From NCBI GenBank assembly GCA_902762565.1, contig CACWOS010000020.1:25235-89234 (forward strand): DNA of 64,000 bases, written 5' to 3'. This document shows positions 37,563-46,261 of the stretch, one piece after another. Numbering within the stretch: position 1 is the first letter of the stretch; each line of letters begins with the position of its first letter. Below the pieces are notes generated by a model. The model made no database searches and was not told where the DNA came from. It saw only the letters and a program-made list of their open reading frames with translations. Position numbers and translations under genes: made by a program. The stretch comes from an uncultured Prevotellaceae bacterium (GTDB taxonomy: Bacteria > Bacteroidota > Bacteroidia > Bacteroidales > Bacteroidaceae).

Positions 37563-37596
37563 GAACCCTATTTTATCCTATAAAATCCTAATAGAA

Positions 37597-39489
37597 ATGA
37601 AGAAATGGACCATCGATGACTCCAAGGAGCTCTACAACATCAACGGCTGGGGTACCAGCTACTTCGGTATCAACGACGAGGGTAATGTCTTTGTGACCCC
37701 TTGCAAGGACGGCACACAGATCGACCTCCGTGAGGTGATGGACGAACTGTCGTTACGTGATGTCACATCACCCGTCTTGTTACGTTTCCCAGATATTCTT
37801 GACAACCGTATCGAGAAGACATGGAGTTGCTTCAAGAAAGCCGCTGAAGAATATGAGTATAAAGGCGAGAACTATGTCGTGTTCCCTATTAAGGTCAATC
37901 AGATGCAGCCTGTGGTTGAGGAGATCATTTCTCATGGACGCAAGTTCAATCTGGGTATTGAGGCTGGTTCTAAGCCCGAGTTGCATGCTGTCATTGCAGT
38001 ACAGTGTCAGAGCGACTCTATCATCATCTGTAATGGTTATAAGGACCAGTCGTATATTGAACTGGCTTTGTTGGCACAGAAGATGGGCAAACGTATCTTC
38101 ATCGTTGTCGAGAAACTCAACGAACTTGAGATTATTGCCCGTGAGGCCAAGAAACTGGGTGTTCGCCCCAATATCGGCATCCGTATCAAACTAGCCTCCA
38201 GTGGTAGTGGCAAGTGGGAAGAGAGTGGAGGTGACGCCTCGAAGTTTGGTCTGACCAGCGCCGAGTTGCTCGAAGCACTTGATATGCTTGATAAGAAAGA
38301 TATGCGCGACTGCCTGCGTCTCATCCACTTCCATATCGGATCGCAGATTACAAAAATCCGTCGTATCCAGACTGCCCTTCGTGAGGCTTCCCAGTTCTAT
38401 GTGCAACTGCACAAGATGGGCTATAACGTAGACTTCGTAGATTGCGGTGGTGGTCTGGGTGTTGACTACGACGGTACACGCTCACCATCAAGTGAGAGTT
38501 CTGTTAACTATAGCATTCAGGAATATGTCAACGACTGTATCTATACCTTTGTAGATGCAGCTAACCGAAATGAGATTCCTCATCCCAACCTGATTACGGA
38601 AAGTGGCCGCTCGTTAGCAGCCCACCATTCCGTATTGGTCATTGATGTGTTGGAAACAGCCTCACTGCCAGAGATGCCTGAGGAGTTCGAGCCTGATGAG
38701 AATAGCCATCAGTTGGTCAAGGACCTTTATGAGATTTGGGATAACCTCACGCCCCGTAATGTGCTGGAGGACTGGCACGACGCTGAGCAGATTCGAGAAG
38801 AGGTGCTCGACCTTTTTGCTCATGGAATCGTCGACTTAAAGACGCGTGCTGAGGTTGAGGCCATGTATTGGAGCGTGTGTCATGAGATTCATGCTTTGGC
38901 CAAGAATCTGAAGCATGTCCCAGAGGAGTTGATGAACATCGACAAATTGTTGGCAGATAAGTACTTCTGCAACTTCTCGCTGTTCCAGTCATTGCCTGAC
39001 TCGTGGGCCATCGATCAGGTGTTCCCCATCATGCCTATCCAGCGACTGAATGAGCGCCCTACGCGTAATGCTACCATTCAGGACATTACCTGCGACTCAG
39101 ACGGTAAGATAGCCAACTTTGCCACCAATCGGCATAACTCCCACTCATTGCCTGTTCACTCACTGAAAAAGAATGAGAACTACTATCTGGGTGTGTTCCT
39201 TGTAGGTGCTTATCAGGAAATCCTAGGCGATATGCACAACCTCTTTGGTGACACGACCGCAGTCCATATCTCTGTGAAGGATGGCACCTATCATATCGAC
39301 CAGATATTTGATGGTGAGACAGTAGAGGAAGTGTTGGAGTATGTCCAGTATAATCCTAAGAAACTGGTTCGTCAACTGGAGATTTGGGTGGCTAAGAGTG
39401 TGAAGCAGGGCAAGATAACGCTTGAAGAAGGCAAGGAGTTCCTCTCCAATTATCGCTCTGGGCTCTATGGTTACACCTATCTAGAATAA
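37597..39489 (+). CDS. speA: Biosynthetic arginine decarboxylase
   Basis: MKKWTIDDSKELYNINGWGTSYFGIN..., FPIKVNQ and HIGSQI motifs. The start is set at the ATG at 37597; the ORF-track start at 37465 overlaps aroK. Confidence 0.9.
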   Translation: MKKWTIDDSKELYNINGWGTSYFGINDEGNVFVTPCKDGTQIDLREVMDELSLRDVTSPVLLRFPDILDNRIEKTWSCFKKAAEEYEYKGENYVVFPIKVNQMQPVVEEIISHGRKFNLGIEAGSKPELHAVIAVQCQSDSIIICNGYKDQSYIELALLAQKMGKRIFIVVEKLNELEIIAREAKKLGVRPNIGIRIKLASSGSGKWEESGGDASKFGLTSAELLEALDMLDKKDMRDCLRLIHFHIGSQITKIRRIQTALREASQFYVQLHKMGYNVDFVDCGGGLGVDYDGTRSPSSESSVNYSIQEYVNDCIYTFVDAANRNEIPHPNLITESGRSLAAHHSVLVIDVLETASLPEMPEEFEPDENSHQLVKDLYEIWDNLTPRNVLEDWHDAEQIREEVLDLFAHGIVDLKTRAEVEAMYWSVCHEIHALAKNLKHVPEELMNIDKLLADKYFCNFSLFQSLPDSWAIDQVFPIMPIQRLNERPTRNATIQDITCDSDGKIANFATNRHNSHSLPVHSLKKNENYYLGVFLVGAYQEILGDMHNLFGDTTAVHISVKDGTYHIDQIFDGETVEEVLEYVQYNPKKLVRQLEIWVAKSVKQGKITLEEGKEFLSNYRSGLYGYTYLE

Positions 39490-39533
39490 CTAGACTATCT
39501 AGATCGTCTAGAACAACTAGAACAACTAGAATA
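39487..39533. repeat. CTAGA-rich microsatellite filling the speA-argB spacer
   Basis: taactagactatctagatcgtctagaacaactagaacaactagaat. Confidence 0.85.
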
Positions 39534-40309
39534 TGAAAGAAAAACTTACAATAGTAAAGGTTGGAGGAGCTGTGGTCGAGGACGAACTGCAGCTCTCTCA
39601 GTTGTTACGCGACTTCTCAGCCATTGAGGGCCGTAAAGTGTTGGTGCATGGTGGCGGTCGTAAGGCCACGAAGATGGCAGAACGTCTGGGCATCGAGACA
39701 CATATGGTCAACGGGCGTCGCATTACTGATAGCGATATGCTGGAGGTAGTAACAATGGTTTATGGTGGACTGGTCAATAAGAACCTCGTGGCTCGCCTAC
39801 AGGCGAATGGTGTTAATGCCATCGGACTGACAGGTGCCGATGCCGATGTCATCCGTAGTCACAAGCGCCCTCTGAAAGATGGTATTGACTATGGTTTTGT
39901 TGGCGACGTAGACAATGTAGCCAACGCAACACTTGCCCACCTGATTGAGGCAGGCATCACACCTGTCTTGGCTCCCCTGACTCATGATGGCGAGGGACAC
40001 ATCCTCAATACCAATGCCGATACCATCGCCTCTGAGGCTGCTAAAGCGTTGGCAAACAACTACGATGTGACACTTATTTTCTCGTTCGAGAAGAAGGGTG
40101 TACTCTCTAATCCTGACGATGACGACAGCGTCATTCCAACCATTACGCGTGCCTTATATAATCAATATAAGGCCGATGGCACGATCTCTGGCGGTATGCT
40201 GCCGAAGATAGAGAATGCATTGGCAGCTGTTGAGGCTGGCGTCAGTCGCGTGATCATCACCCTTGCAACGGCTATTGACGGAAAGCACGGAACGGTCATT
40301 GAGAAGTGA
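39533..40309 (+). CDS. argB: Acetylglutamate kinase
   Basis: IVKVGGAVVED..., VLVHGGG and NTNADT motifs; 258 aa. Confidence 0.9.
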   Translation: MKEKLTIVKVGGAVVEDELQLSQLLRDFSAIEGRKVLVHGGGRKATKMAERLGIETHMVNGRRITDSDMLEVVTMVYGGLVNKNLVARLQANGVNAIGLTGADADVIRSHKRPLKDGIDYGFVGDVDNVANATLAHLIEAGITPVLAPLTHDGEGHILNTNADTIASEAAKALANNYDVTLIFSFEKKGVLSNPDDDDSVIPTITRALYNQYKADGTISGGMLPKIENALAAVEAGVSRVIITLATAIDGKHGTVIEK

Positions 40310-40315
40310 CAAGTG

Positions 40316-40828
40316 ATGAAGACCATTAGTTTCCAATCCGACATCTTGCCGCTGAAGAACGAACTCTTCCGCATGGCCCTTCGCATCACGCAGAATCGCG
40401 AAGAGGCCGAAGATGTTGTGCAGGAAACGATGATCAAGGTGTGGAATCGTCGCGAACAGTGGTCGCAGCTGGAGTCGATAGAGGCCTTTTGTCTGACCAT
40501 CTGTCGCAATCTGGCACTCGACAAGATGCGACGTATGGACAATCAGGCTCAGAGCTTGGACGACGACATAGACCCCCTCGACCAAAGTCATGGTGCCAAT
40601 CCTGAGCAGGTAGCTATTCAGAACGACCGTACCCAGATGGTGCGTCAAATCATCGATGAACTGCCTGAGCGTCTGCGTACCTGTATGCAGTTGCGCGATA
40701 TCGAGGGCAAGAGCTATCGTGATATTGCTGCTATTCTCGACATCACAGAACAGCAAGTAAAGGTCAATATCTTCCGTGCTCGACAGGCTGTCAGAGAGCG
40801 ATATTTGAAGATAGAGAAAAATTTTTGA
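40316..40828 (+). CDS. RNA polymerase sigma factor, ECF subfamily
   Basis: AEDVVQETMIKVW (region 2) and CMQLRDIEGKSYRDIAAILDITEQQVKVNIFRARQAVRE (region 4). The ATG is at 40316; position 40313 is GTG. Confidence 0.85.
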   Translation: MKTISFQSDILPLKNELFRMALRITQNREEAEDVVQETMIKVWNRREQWSQLESIEAFCLTICRNLALDKMRRMDNQAQSLDDDIDPLDQSHGANPEQVAIQNDRTQMVRQIIDELPERLRTCMQLRDIEGKSYRDIAAILDITEQQVKVNIFRARQAVRERYLKIEKNF

Positions 40829-40890
40829 GATATTCTGTAACTTTCTTGTTTTACAAACGTCTTCCATATAGAGACAAACAAAAATAAGGT

Positions 40891-41355
40891 ATGGATTACA
40901 AGTACATCGAACAACTCTTGGAGCGCTACTGGGCTGCTGAGACCTCTCTTGAAGAGGAAAGCATCCTGCGCACCTTCTTCAGCCAGAAGGACATTCCGGC
41001 TGAGATGGAGCATCTGCGCCCCTTATTCACTGACGAGGCTGTTGGTGAGACGTTGGGCGATGACTTTGATGCTCGCATCTTGGCTATGATTGACAAGCCA
41101 GTGGTAAAGGCTCGCGAGGTGTCGCTCACCCAGCGCTTAATGCCACTCTTCAAGGCTGCTGCTATCGTTGCCATCATCCTGACCTTGGGTGGCGCGCTGC
41201 AGGCTCCATGGGATAGTACTTGGAATACGCCTGAAGACTATGCCGCCATGCAACAGGTTGACACCATGAATGTCATTCCTGTGCAGGCTGAGAATATCAG
41301 CGCTACAGCATCCGATAGTATTGCCGTGCTGCAGGCTGATCAGCCCAAAGACTAA
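40891..41355 (+). CDS. Putative anti-sigma factor / membrane protein
   Basis: It follows the ECF sigma gene. The N-terminus (IEQLLERYWAAETSLEEESILRTFF) is typical of Bacteroidota anti-sigma N-termini, and there is one transmembrane segment (LFKAAAIVAIILTLGGAL). Confidence 0.5.
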   Translation: MDYKYIEQLLERYWAAETSLEEESILRTFFSQKDIPAEMEHLRPLFTDEAVGETLGDDFDARILAMIDKPVVKAREVSLTQRLMPLFKAAAIVAIILTLGGALQAPWDSTWNTPEDYAAMQQVDTMNVIPVQAENISATASDSIAVLQADQPKD

Positions 41356-41498
41356 GATTTTTCTATGCTTTCTCTATATTAACGTCATGTTTAGTAAACA
41401 CAAGGGGTTACAGCTGTGAAGCCAGATTTCCCCAATTCGACCCAAACAAGCTAAAAAGCGGTCGATTTCTCTCAAATTTTTCATAACATACTAACGGT

Positions 41499-41538
41499 GA
41501 ACGGGCTGCCTATCCGATGAGACGGAGGCAGCCCGTTC
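41499..41538 (+). other. 13-bp perfect stem-loop 21 nt upstream of the LUD gene start
   Basis: gaacgggctgcct (41499-41511) pairs with aggcagcccgttc (41526-41538). No T-run follows on either strand. Confidence 0.7.
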
Positions 41539-41559
41539 GATAAAAACTCATTTAGACAT

Positions 41560-42195
41560 ATGACACCACAAGAACTAAGAAACGAATCGTTGGCCACGAA
41601 GATGATCAAGAATCTGAACCGCCGCAACATGGAGGCCTTCTATTGCCCTACGGCAGAGGAGGCAGTGAAGAAAGTGTCCGAACTCATTGCTGACGGTAGC
41701 AGTGTGACGTGGGGAGGCTCTATGACTGTCCGCGACCTTGGCATTCCTGACATGCTCAGACGCCGTGGCACCCTCGAAGTACTTGATCGTGACCTTGTAG
41801 AGGGCGAGGCTGTTCATGACATCTATCTTCGTGCTTTTACAGCCGATGTCTATCTGACCAGTGCCAATGCCATCTCTGAGGATGGTGTTATCGTCAATGT
41901 TGATGGTAACGGCAATCGTGTGGCAGCCATTACTTGGGGCCCCAAGAAGGTCATCTTTATTATTGGCATGAACAAGGTAGCCCAAACAGTCGAGGCTGCT
42001 CTTTCCAGAGCCAGAGGTACGGCATCACCCATTAATGCCAAACGTTTCGATATCAAGACTCCCTGTCAGGTTGATGGCATGTGCCATAACTGCAATTCGC
42101 CCGAAAGCATCTGCAGCTATGTTCACTTCCTGCGCAACTCTCGCAATAAAGGTCGCCACGTCGTGGTACTGGTAGGCGAGAATCTTGGCTATTAA
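41560..42195 (+). CDS. LUD-domain protein (lactate-utilisation LutC/YkgG-like, DUF162)
   Basis: 211 aa; TSANAISEDGVIVNVDGNGNRV and a C-terminal CxxC region, typical of stand-alone LUD proteins. Confidence 0.65.
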   Translation: MTPQELRNESLATKMIKNLNRRNMEAFYCPTAEEAVKKVSELIADGSSVTWGGSMTVRDLGIPDMLRRRGTLEVLDRDLVEGEAVHDIYLRAFTADVYLTSANAISEDGVIVNVDGNGNRVAAITWGPKKVIFIIGMNKVAQTVEAALSRARGTASPINAKRFDIKTPCQVDGMCHNCNSPESICSYVHFLRNSRNKGRHVVVLVGENLGY

Positions 42196-42271
42196 CCTAT
42201 CTTTCTTAAATCCACAAGGAAATATATCAAAATGTACTCTTCCCTATAAAAGATGACAATAGAATTGATAT

Positions 42272-42376
42272 TCCGAAGGAAGCGGACGGGTCGCGAGGAG
42301 GAAGCGGACGGGTCGCGAGGAGGAAGCGGAAGGGCCGTCCGCACGTAGCGGAAAGGGCCTCCGCTTCCTTCGGAAG
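42272..42376. repeat. GC-rich structured repeat module, copy 2
   Basis: A 22-bp unit (gaagcggacgggtcgcgaggag) is perfectly duplicated at 42279-42300 and 42301-42322. A 14-bp perfect stem joins ccgaaggaagcgga (42273-42286) to tccgcttccttcgg (42360-42373). Confidence 0.8.
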
Positions 42377-42596
42377 GGGTGCGCAAAGTAAGCAAGCACC
42401 TCCCCTCCTCCCTTCGTATAGTTTGAATGCCGATTTAGAAAGGGATTGAAGCACGGGAGGTGTCGTTCCAACTCCTCCTTTTCACCTCCGAAGTAACCCT
42501 GAAGTGACCCTCTGAAAAGTTGGACGATTAATGCTAATTTTACAAATTTTAAGAGATATTTCTGGGTCAAAATATTGCAGGCCGCAATATATTTCG

Positions 42597-42604
42597 TACC
42601 TTTG
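42597..42604 (+). promoter_or_regulatory. -7 promoter box TAccTTTG internal to the element, for the VapE-like gene
   Basis: Consensus match 84 nt upstream of the ATG at 42688. Confidence 0.5.
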
Positions 42605-42687
42605 CATCGGCATTCATGAGTGGGTGCTATAGGCTATGAAGAACACATGCCTATAAACCGAATTATTAATTAAAGATCTTAAAAAGA

Positions 42688-43902
42688 ATGAGTAAAAATC
42701 TAACTGTAAACGGCGAGGCTATGAACGCTTCGCTGGAAGGGATGCTCGCTGTCGAGCTGTTTCTGAACGACAAGTACCTGTTCCGTCGCAACGTGCTGAA
42801 CGGTAAGGTAGAATTTTCGAAAAAGCCAACTGAGGCCAATGAACCCGTCTGGCGTCCGCTGACGGAGCAAGCACTGAACAGTATCGTCCTTGAGGCGATG
42901 CGCGCGGACATCTGCGAGGGAAAGAATCCAAAGTCGGACATCCAGACGATTATCAATTCTGATGATGTGCCGACGTTCGATCCCATCAAGACGTATCTCG
43001 ACAGCCTGCCCCAATGGGATGGACAGAACCATGTGGCTCAGCTGTTTGGCCGTATTCCTGGCATCAGTTCTGAGCAACTCGCGTACCTTAGTATATGGTT
43101 GCGCTCTTGTGTTGCTCATTGGCTGCAGATGGATACGCTTCACGGCAACGAATGCGTACCTACGCTGATTGGCGCTCAGGGGTGTGGCAAGACAACCTTC
43201 CTGCGTCGACTGCTGCCCACACATCTGCGCCAGTACTATCTGGACCACCTGAACCTGTCGAACAAGTTCGATAAGGAGATGGCACTGACAAACAATCTGC
43301 TTGTGAACCTCGATGAACTCGAGGCCATCCGCCGCAGTCAGCATGCGTCACTGAAGCAGTTGCTGTCGAAGAACAAAGTGAACGGACGTAAGATCTATGG
43401 CGATTCGCAGGACGACCGTCCGCGTTATGCGTCGTTTGTGGCAACCACCAACAACCGTCATCCGCTGACGGACGGCACAGGAAGTCGTCGCTACATCTGT
43501 CTGACGATTCCTGATGGTCAGCTCATCAACAACGATGGCGACATTGACTATGACCAGCTGTATGCGCAGGTGCTGTACGAACTGCAAGAGCTGAAAGCTC
43601 CGTATTGGTTTAACAACGACGAGGTGAAGCGTATTCAGGAGATGAACCAGGAGTTTATGGAGCAGAAGGATATGGCAGAAATCGTTACAGCCTGTTTCCG
43701 TAAGCCAAAGGATGGTGAGCAGGTGAAGACGATGAATGGCACTCAGATGATTAAGTTGATGCAGAAGGATTATCCTTCGCTGAAACTCGACCACAGCACC
43801 CGAATCCATTTGGGACAGGCTATGAAAGACCTAGGCTACGAGCATACGGAGCATAGCCATGTAGCCTTCTACAAGGTCGTTCCAAAAGTCAAAGCAGCTT
43901 GA
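42688..43902 (+). CDS. VapE/VirE-family P-loop NTPase (DUF3874-type; D5/SF3-helicase-like)
   Basis: Walker A (LIGAQGCGKTTFLRRL), Walker B (LLVNLDELE) and the sensor-like FVATTN; 404 aa. It has the architecture common to Bacteroidales virulence-protein-E / DUF3874 genes. Confidence 0.75.
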   Translation: MSKNLTVNGEAMNASLEGMLAVELFLNDKYLFRRNVLNGKVEFSKKPTEANEPVWRPLTEQALNSIVLEAMRADICEGKNPKSDIQTIINSDDVPTFDPIKTYLDSLPQWDGQNHVAQLFGRIPGISSEQLAYLSIWLRSCVAHWLQMDTLHGNECVPTLIGAQGCGKTTFLRRLLPTHLRQYYLDHLNLSNKFDKEMALTNNLLVNLDELEAIRRSQHASLKQLLSKNKVNGRKIYGDSQDDRPRYASFVATTNNRHPLTDGTGSRRYICLTIPDGQLINNDGDIDYDQLYAQVLYELQELKAPYWFNNDEVKRIQEMNQEFMEQKDMAEIVTACFRKPKDGEQVKTMNGTQMIKLMQKDYPSLKLDHSTRIHLGQAMKDLGYEHTEHSHVAFYKVVPKVKAA

Positions 43903-44010
43903 GCAGTAACGGGAGGTGTCGATGAGGTGTCTCAGCAGCACCTCCCGTGCTTCAATCCCTTTGCCTGTCGGCATTTGAGCCTCTTAAAGGGATATGGGAG
44001 GTGTATGTCA

Positions 44011-44051
44011 AAAAACAAGCGATGTGCCCGTGAGCTACATCGCTTGTTTTT
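44011..44051. terminator. Bidirectional terminator-like hairpin
   Basis: aaaaacaagcgatgt (44011-44025) pairs with acatcgcttgttttt (44037-44051). Confidence 0.7.
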
Positions 44052-44053
44052 GT

Positions 44054-44073
44054 TAATACTCATCCTCGTTGAA
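44054..44073. repeat. att-like 20-mer, copy A (taatactcatcctcgttgaa)
   Basis: Identical to copy B and 19/20 to copy C. Its reverse complement reads FNEDEY-stop. Confidence 0.9.
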
Positions 44074-44155
44074 GTTTAAAGCACATACTGAGTACCAGCG
44101 AGTTACAGTGCTCCGTGCCATTATTGTGCCACTAATTTTAGACATAGAATTAAGT

Positions 44156-44605
44156 TTATGCCAAGAGTTTCTTCACAATCTCAGAGATGACTCGTCCATC
44201 AGCCTTTCCTGCCAACTGCTTGCTGGCAGTGCCCATTACCTTTCCCATCTCCTTCATGCTTGTGGCTCCAACTTCAGCAATGATCTTCTTCACCTCTGCC
44301 TCTATCTCCTCTTGGGAAAGTTGTTTCGGCAAATAACTCTCCAACACTTCTACCTGTGCCAACTCTGCATCAGCCAAGTCCTGACGTCCTGCCTGTGTGT
44401 AGGTTGCCGCAGTCTCTTTGCCCTGCTTTGCAAGTTTTGAGATAATCTTCAATGCATCAGCATCAGCCAATGTGTCGTTGGCTCCTGGAGCAGTCTTTGC
44501 CTCAAGGAACACTTTCTTAATGTTGCGAAGCGTTTCCAAACGCACCTTGTCGCGAGCCTTCATTGCGGATTTGATGTCCTCGCTAATCTGATCGAATAAA
44601 GTCAT
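44156..44605 (-). CDS. GatB/YqeY domain-containing protein
   Basis: MTLFDQISEDIKSAMKARDKVRLETLRNIK...; 149 aa; typical YqeY. Confidence 0.9.
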   Translation of the reverse strand: MTLFDQISEDIKSAMKARDKVRLETLRNIKKVFLEAKTAPGANDTLADADALKIISKLAKQGKETAATYTQAGRQDLADAELAQVEVLESYLPKQLSQEEIEAEVKKIIAEVGATSMKEMGKVMGTASKQLAGKADGRVISEIVKKLLA

Positions 44606-44634
44606 AATGCTATTTTTTTAACTTTAACATGATG

Positions 44635-44642
44635 CAAAGATA
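44635..44642 (-). promoter_or_regulatory. -7 promoter box (TAtcTTTG on minus strand) for the YqeY gene
   Basis: The plus strand reads CAAAGATA, 30 nt upstream of the ATG at 44605. Confidence 0.5.
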
Positions 44643-44970
44643 CAGTATTTTTTCTTATCTACCCCTTTTTACGTGAAGTCTTAGACTTTTTTAGCGATTA
44701 TACACGCACGAACCTTCAATTATAGATAATGGAATCCGTGAAGCCTGCCGTGCGTGTGGATAGTGGTCTCATATAATTACTGAATAATCACTTTTAAGCT
44801 AAAAAAGTGGCACATGTGCCAACTTTTCAGTGCAAAACGTACAAACGAACCGTTCTGCATACCAGGAATCCCATTTGGGCATTGACTTAAGCACACAGAA
44901 AGACGGCCCGAGGCATCCAATCGTCTACCTCAGGCCGTCTGAAAGCGCAAAGTTGAGTTAAATCGCGAAC

Positions 44971-44990
44971 TAATACTCATCCTCGTTGAA
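44971..44990. repeat. att-like 20-mer, copy B
   Basis: taatactcatcctcgttgaa, preceded on the left by hairpins at 44901-44940 and 44803-44827. Confidence 0.9.
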
Positions 44991-45337
44991 AACTTGCCTC
45001 ATAACTGATTATCAGAACCTTACGACATTCTTAACTATTTTTAGCCAAATAAACTGCACGGTCTGAGACTATCAAAGGCGATTCGCTGACATATTGGGCA
45101 AACATATCCTGCGACCTCTTTCACTATAGAAAGAATTCGAATATATCAAAATCACCCTATTACATCTACACTATCTCTTACTAAATGTTAAATATTAATT
45201 TGGTTTATATTGTAAACTTATCTATCTTTGCACCGTGATTCGAACACATGAGGCAGAATCCTGGCTTTCTGCAGGAGCCGGGACGAGGCCGGAGAACAAA
45301 GAAAACAAAGTGTGTAACATCCAAAAACAAAAGAACA

Positions 45338-45964
45338 ATGGAAGAAAAAAGCAATCTGACTGCCGAGCGCAGTCTGGAGATAATCAGGGAATCAATAGAG
45401 CGCAGTCAACGCACCATCAACAAGAACTCGGCCATTCCGCTCATCTGGTGGGGAGCTTGTGTCGTCGTATTTTCGCTATTTATCGCTTACCTGTGGAAAA
45501 ATCATGGCGGGCCGGCGTGGAATATGCTTTGGGCCGTATTATGGTTGATAGGCTATGCAGGCAACTGGCTCATTGACAAGCGAAGGGAGCGCGTGCCGAC
45601 GACCTTTGTGGGTAAGACCATCGGACATGTATGGGCGACATTTGGTGTGTTTTGCTGTGGCGTAGGCATGATATTCGGTTTTATCGGCTGCGGAATGCTA
45701 CCTATGGAACTAATTATGCACAAGGTGTATATCTTCGGCTGCATCACCAGCGTTATCTCCCTGTGTTTCGGAATGGGCACAACCATCACAGGCCTCGTCA
45801 TCCGAAACCACGTCATTCAGGTGTGCGGCCTTGTAGCGGGCATCGGCGGATTCTTCGGAGCTTTGCACTTCTCAGCTCATGCACAACTCTATGTGATGGC
45901 TGTCGTGGCCTTGATTGGTCTAATCGTGCCAGGTGTAACCATTCTCTTGCAAAACCAGAAATAA
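45338..45964 (+). CDS. Hypothetical multi-pass membrane protein
   Basis: Several hydrophobic segments; upstream partner of a small wHTH regulator. A TAtcTTTG box at 45223-45230 means the 45248 start cannot be excluded. Confidence 0.6.
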   Translation: MEEKSNLTAERSLEIIRESIERSQRTINKNSAIPLIWWGACVVVFSLFIAYLWKNHGGPAWNMLWAVLWLIGYAGNWLIDKRRERVPTTFVGKTIGHVWATFGVFCCGVGMIFGFIGCGMLPMELIMHKVYIFGCITSVISLCFGMGTTITGLVIRNHVIQVCGLVAGIGGFFGALHFSAHAQLYVMAVVALIGLIVPGVTILLQNQK

Positions 45965-45976
45965 GGAGGTGCCAAT

Positions 45977-46261
45977 ATGTTCAAACCGTTAGACCCACTG
46001 CTGCACTCCGAACTGCGACTGGCCGTGATGTCGCTGCTTATCAGTGCCGACGAGGCCGAGTTCCCTTACATCAAGGAGCAGACAGGAGCCACGGCTGGCA
46101 ACCTGAGTGTGCAGATTGACAAACTCTCGGCGGCGGGCTACATCGAGGTCGAGAAGACTTTCAAAGGCAAGAGGCCATGCACACTCTGCCGCATCACCCC
46201 TGCTGGTCTGAAAGCTTTTGAAGAGTATGTTGAATCGTTAAAGAGTTATTTGAAAATATGA
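45977..46261 (+). CDS. Winged-helix transcriptional regulator (HTH_34 / ArsR-MarR-like)
   Basis: LDPLLHSELRLAVMSLLISADEAEFPYIKEQTGATAGNLSVQIDKLSAAGYIEVEK; 94 aa. Confidence 0.75.
   Translation: MFKPLDPLLHSELRLAVMSLLISADEAEFPYIKEQTGATAGNLSVQIDKLSAAGYIEVEKTFKGKRPCTLCRITPAGLKAFEEYVESLKSYLKI

Larger units (their letters stand above)
42397..44003. mobile_element. Putative TIR-bounded element carrying a VapE/DUF3874-type ATPase gene (full-length relative of the 3246-3491 foldback)
   Basis: The left end (42397-42462) and the reverse complement of the right end (43939-44003) share the terminal 8 bp (cacctccc), a 24/25 inner core (aaagggattgaagcacgggaggtg) and 9/11 around aatgccga. Both ends are collinear with 3273-3468. 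The mobile-element interpretation is inference. Confidence 0.5.

Noticed and set aside
37465-37596. Longer N-terminal extensions offered by the ORF track for speA (37465), ComEA-like (51936), the SNF transporter (54585), rnhB (3556), DUF2795 (49787), the TonB receptor (11393) and VanZ (54517).
   Set aside because: The extensions overlap the upstream gene or contain the TAnnTTTG -7 box. The shorter forms begin with the conserved family N-termini.
41356-41559. Possible riboswitch or sRNA in the 200-bp gap before the LUD gene.
   Set aside because: Apart from the 13-bp stem at 41499-41538 I could not match any riboswitch consensus I know. It is kept only as a hairpin feature.
42192-42570. Three minus-strand ORFs (42192-42395, 42227-42454, 42244-42570).
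   Set aside because: Same reasoning: they are read across copy 2 of the GC-rich module and the left inverted repeat, and they partly mirror the spurious ORFs at 3.1-3.4 kb.
44050-44142. 30-codon minus-strand ORF (MSKISGTIMARSTVTRWYSVCALNFNEDEY) ending in att-like copy A.
   Set aside because: Only the last six codons are shared with the DUF2795 gene and the rest has no support. It is more likely a chance frame running into the duplicated gene end.
45231-45250. gtgattcgaacac, reminiscent of a tRNA T-arm (GGTTCGAATCC).
   Set aside because: No acceptor, D or anticodon arms can be built from the AT-rich flanks. It lies directly after a -7 promoter box, so it is probably just leader sequence.
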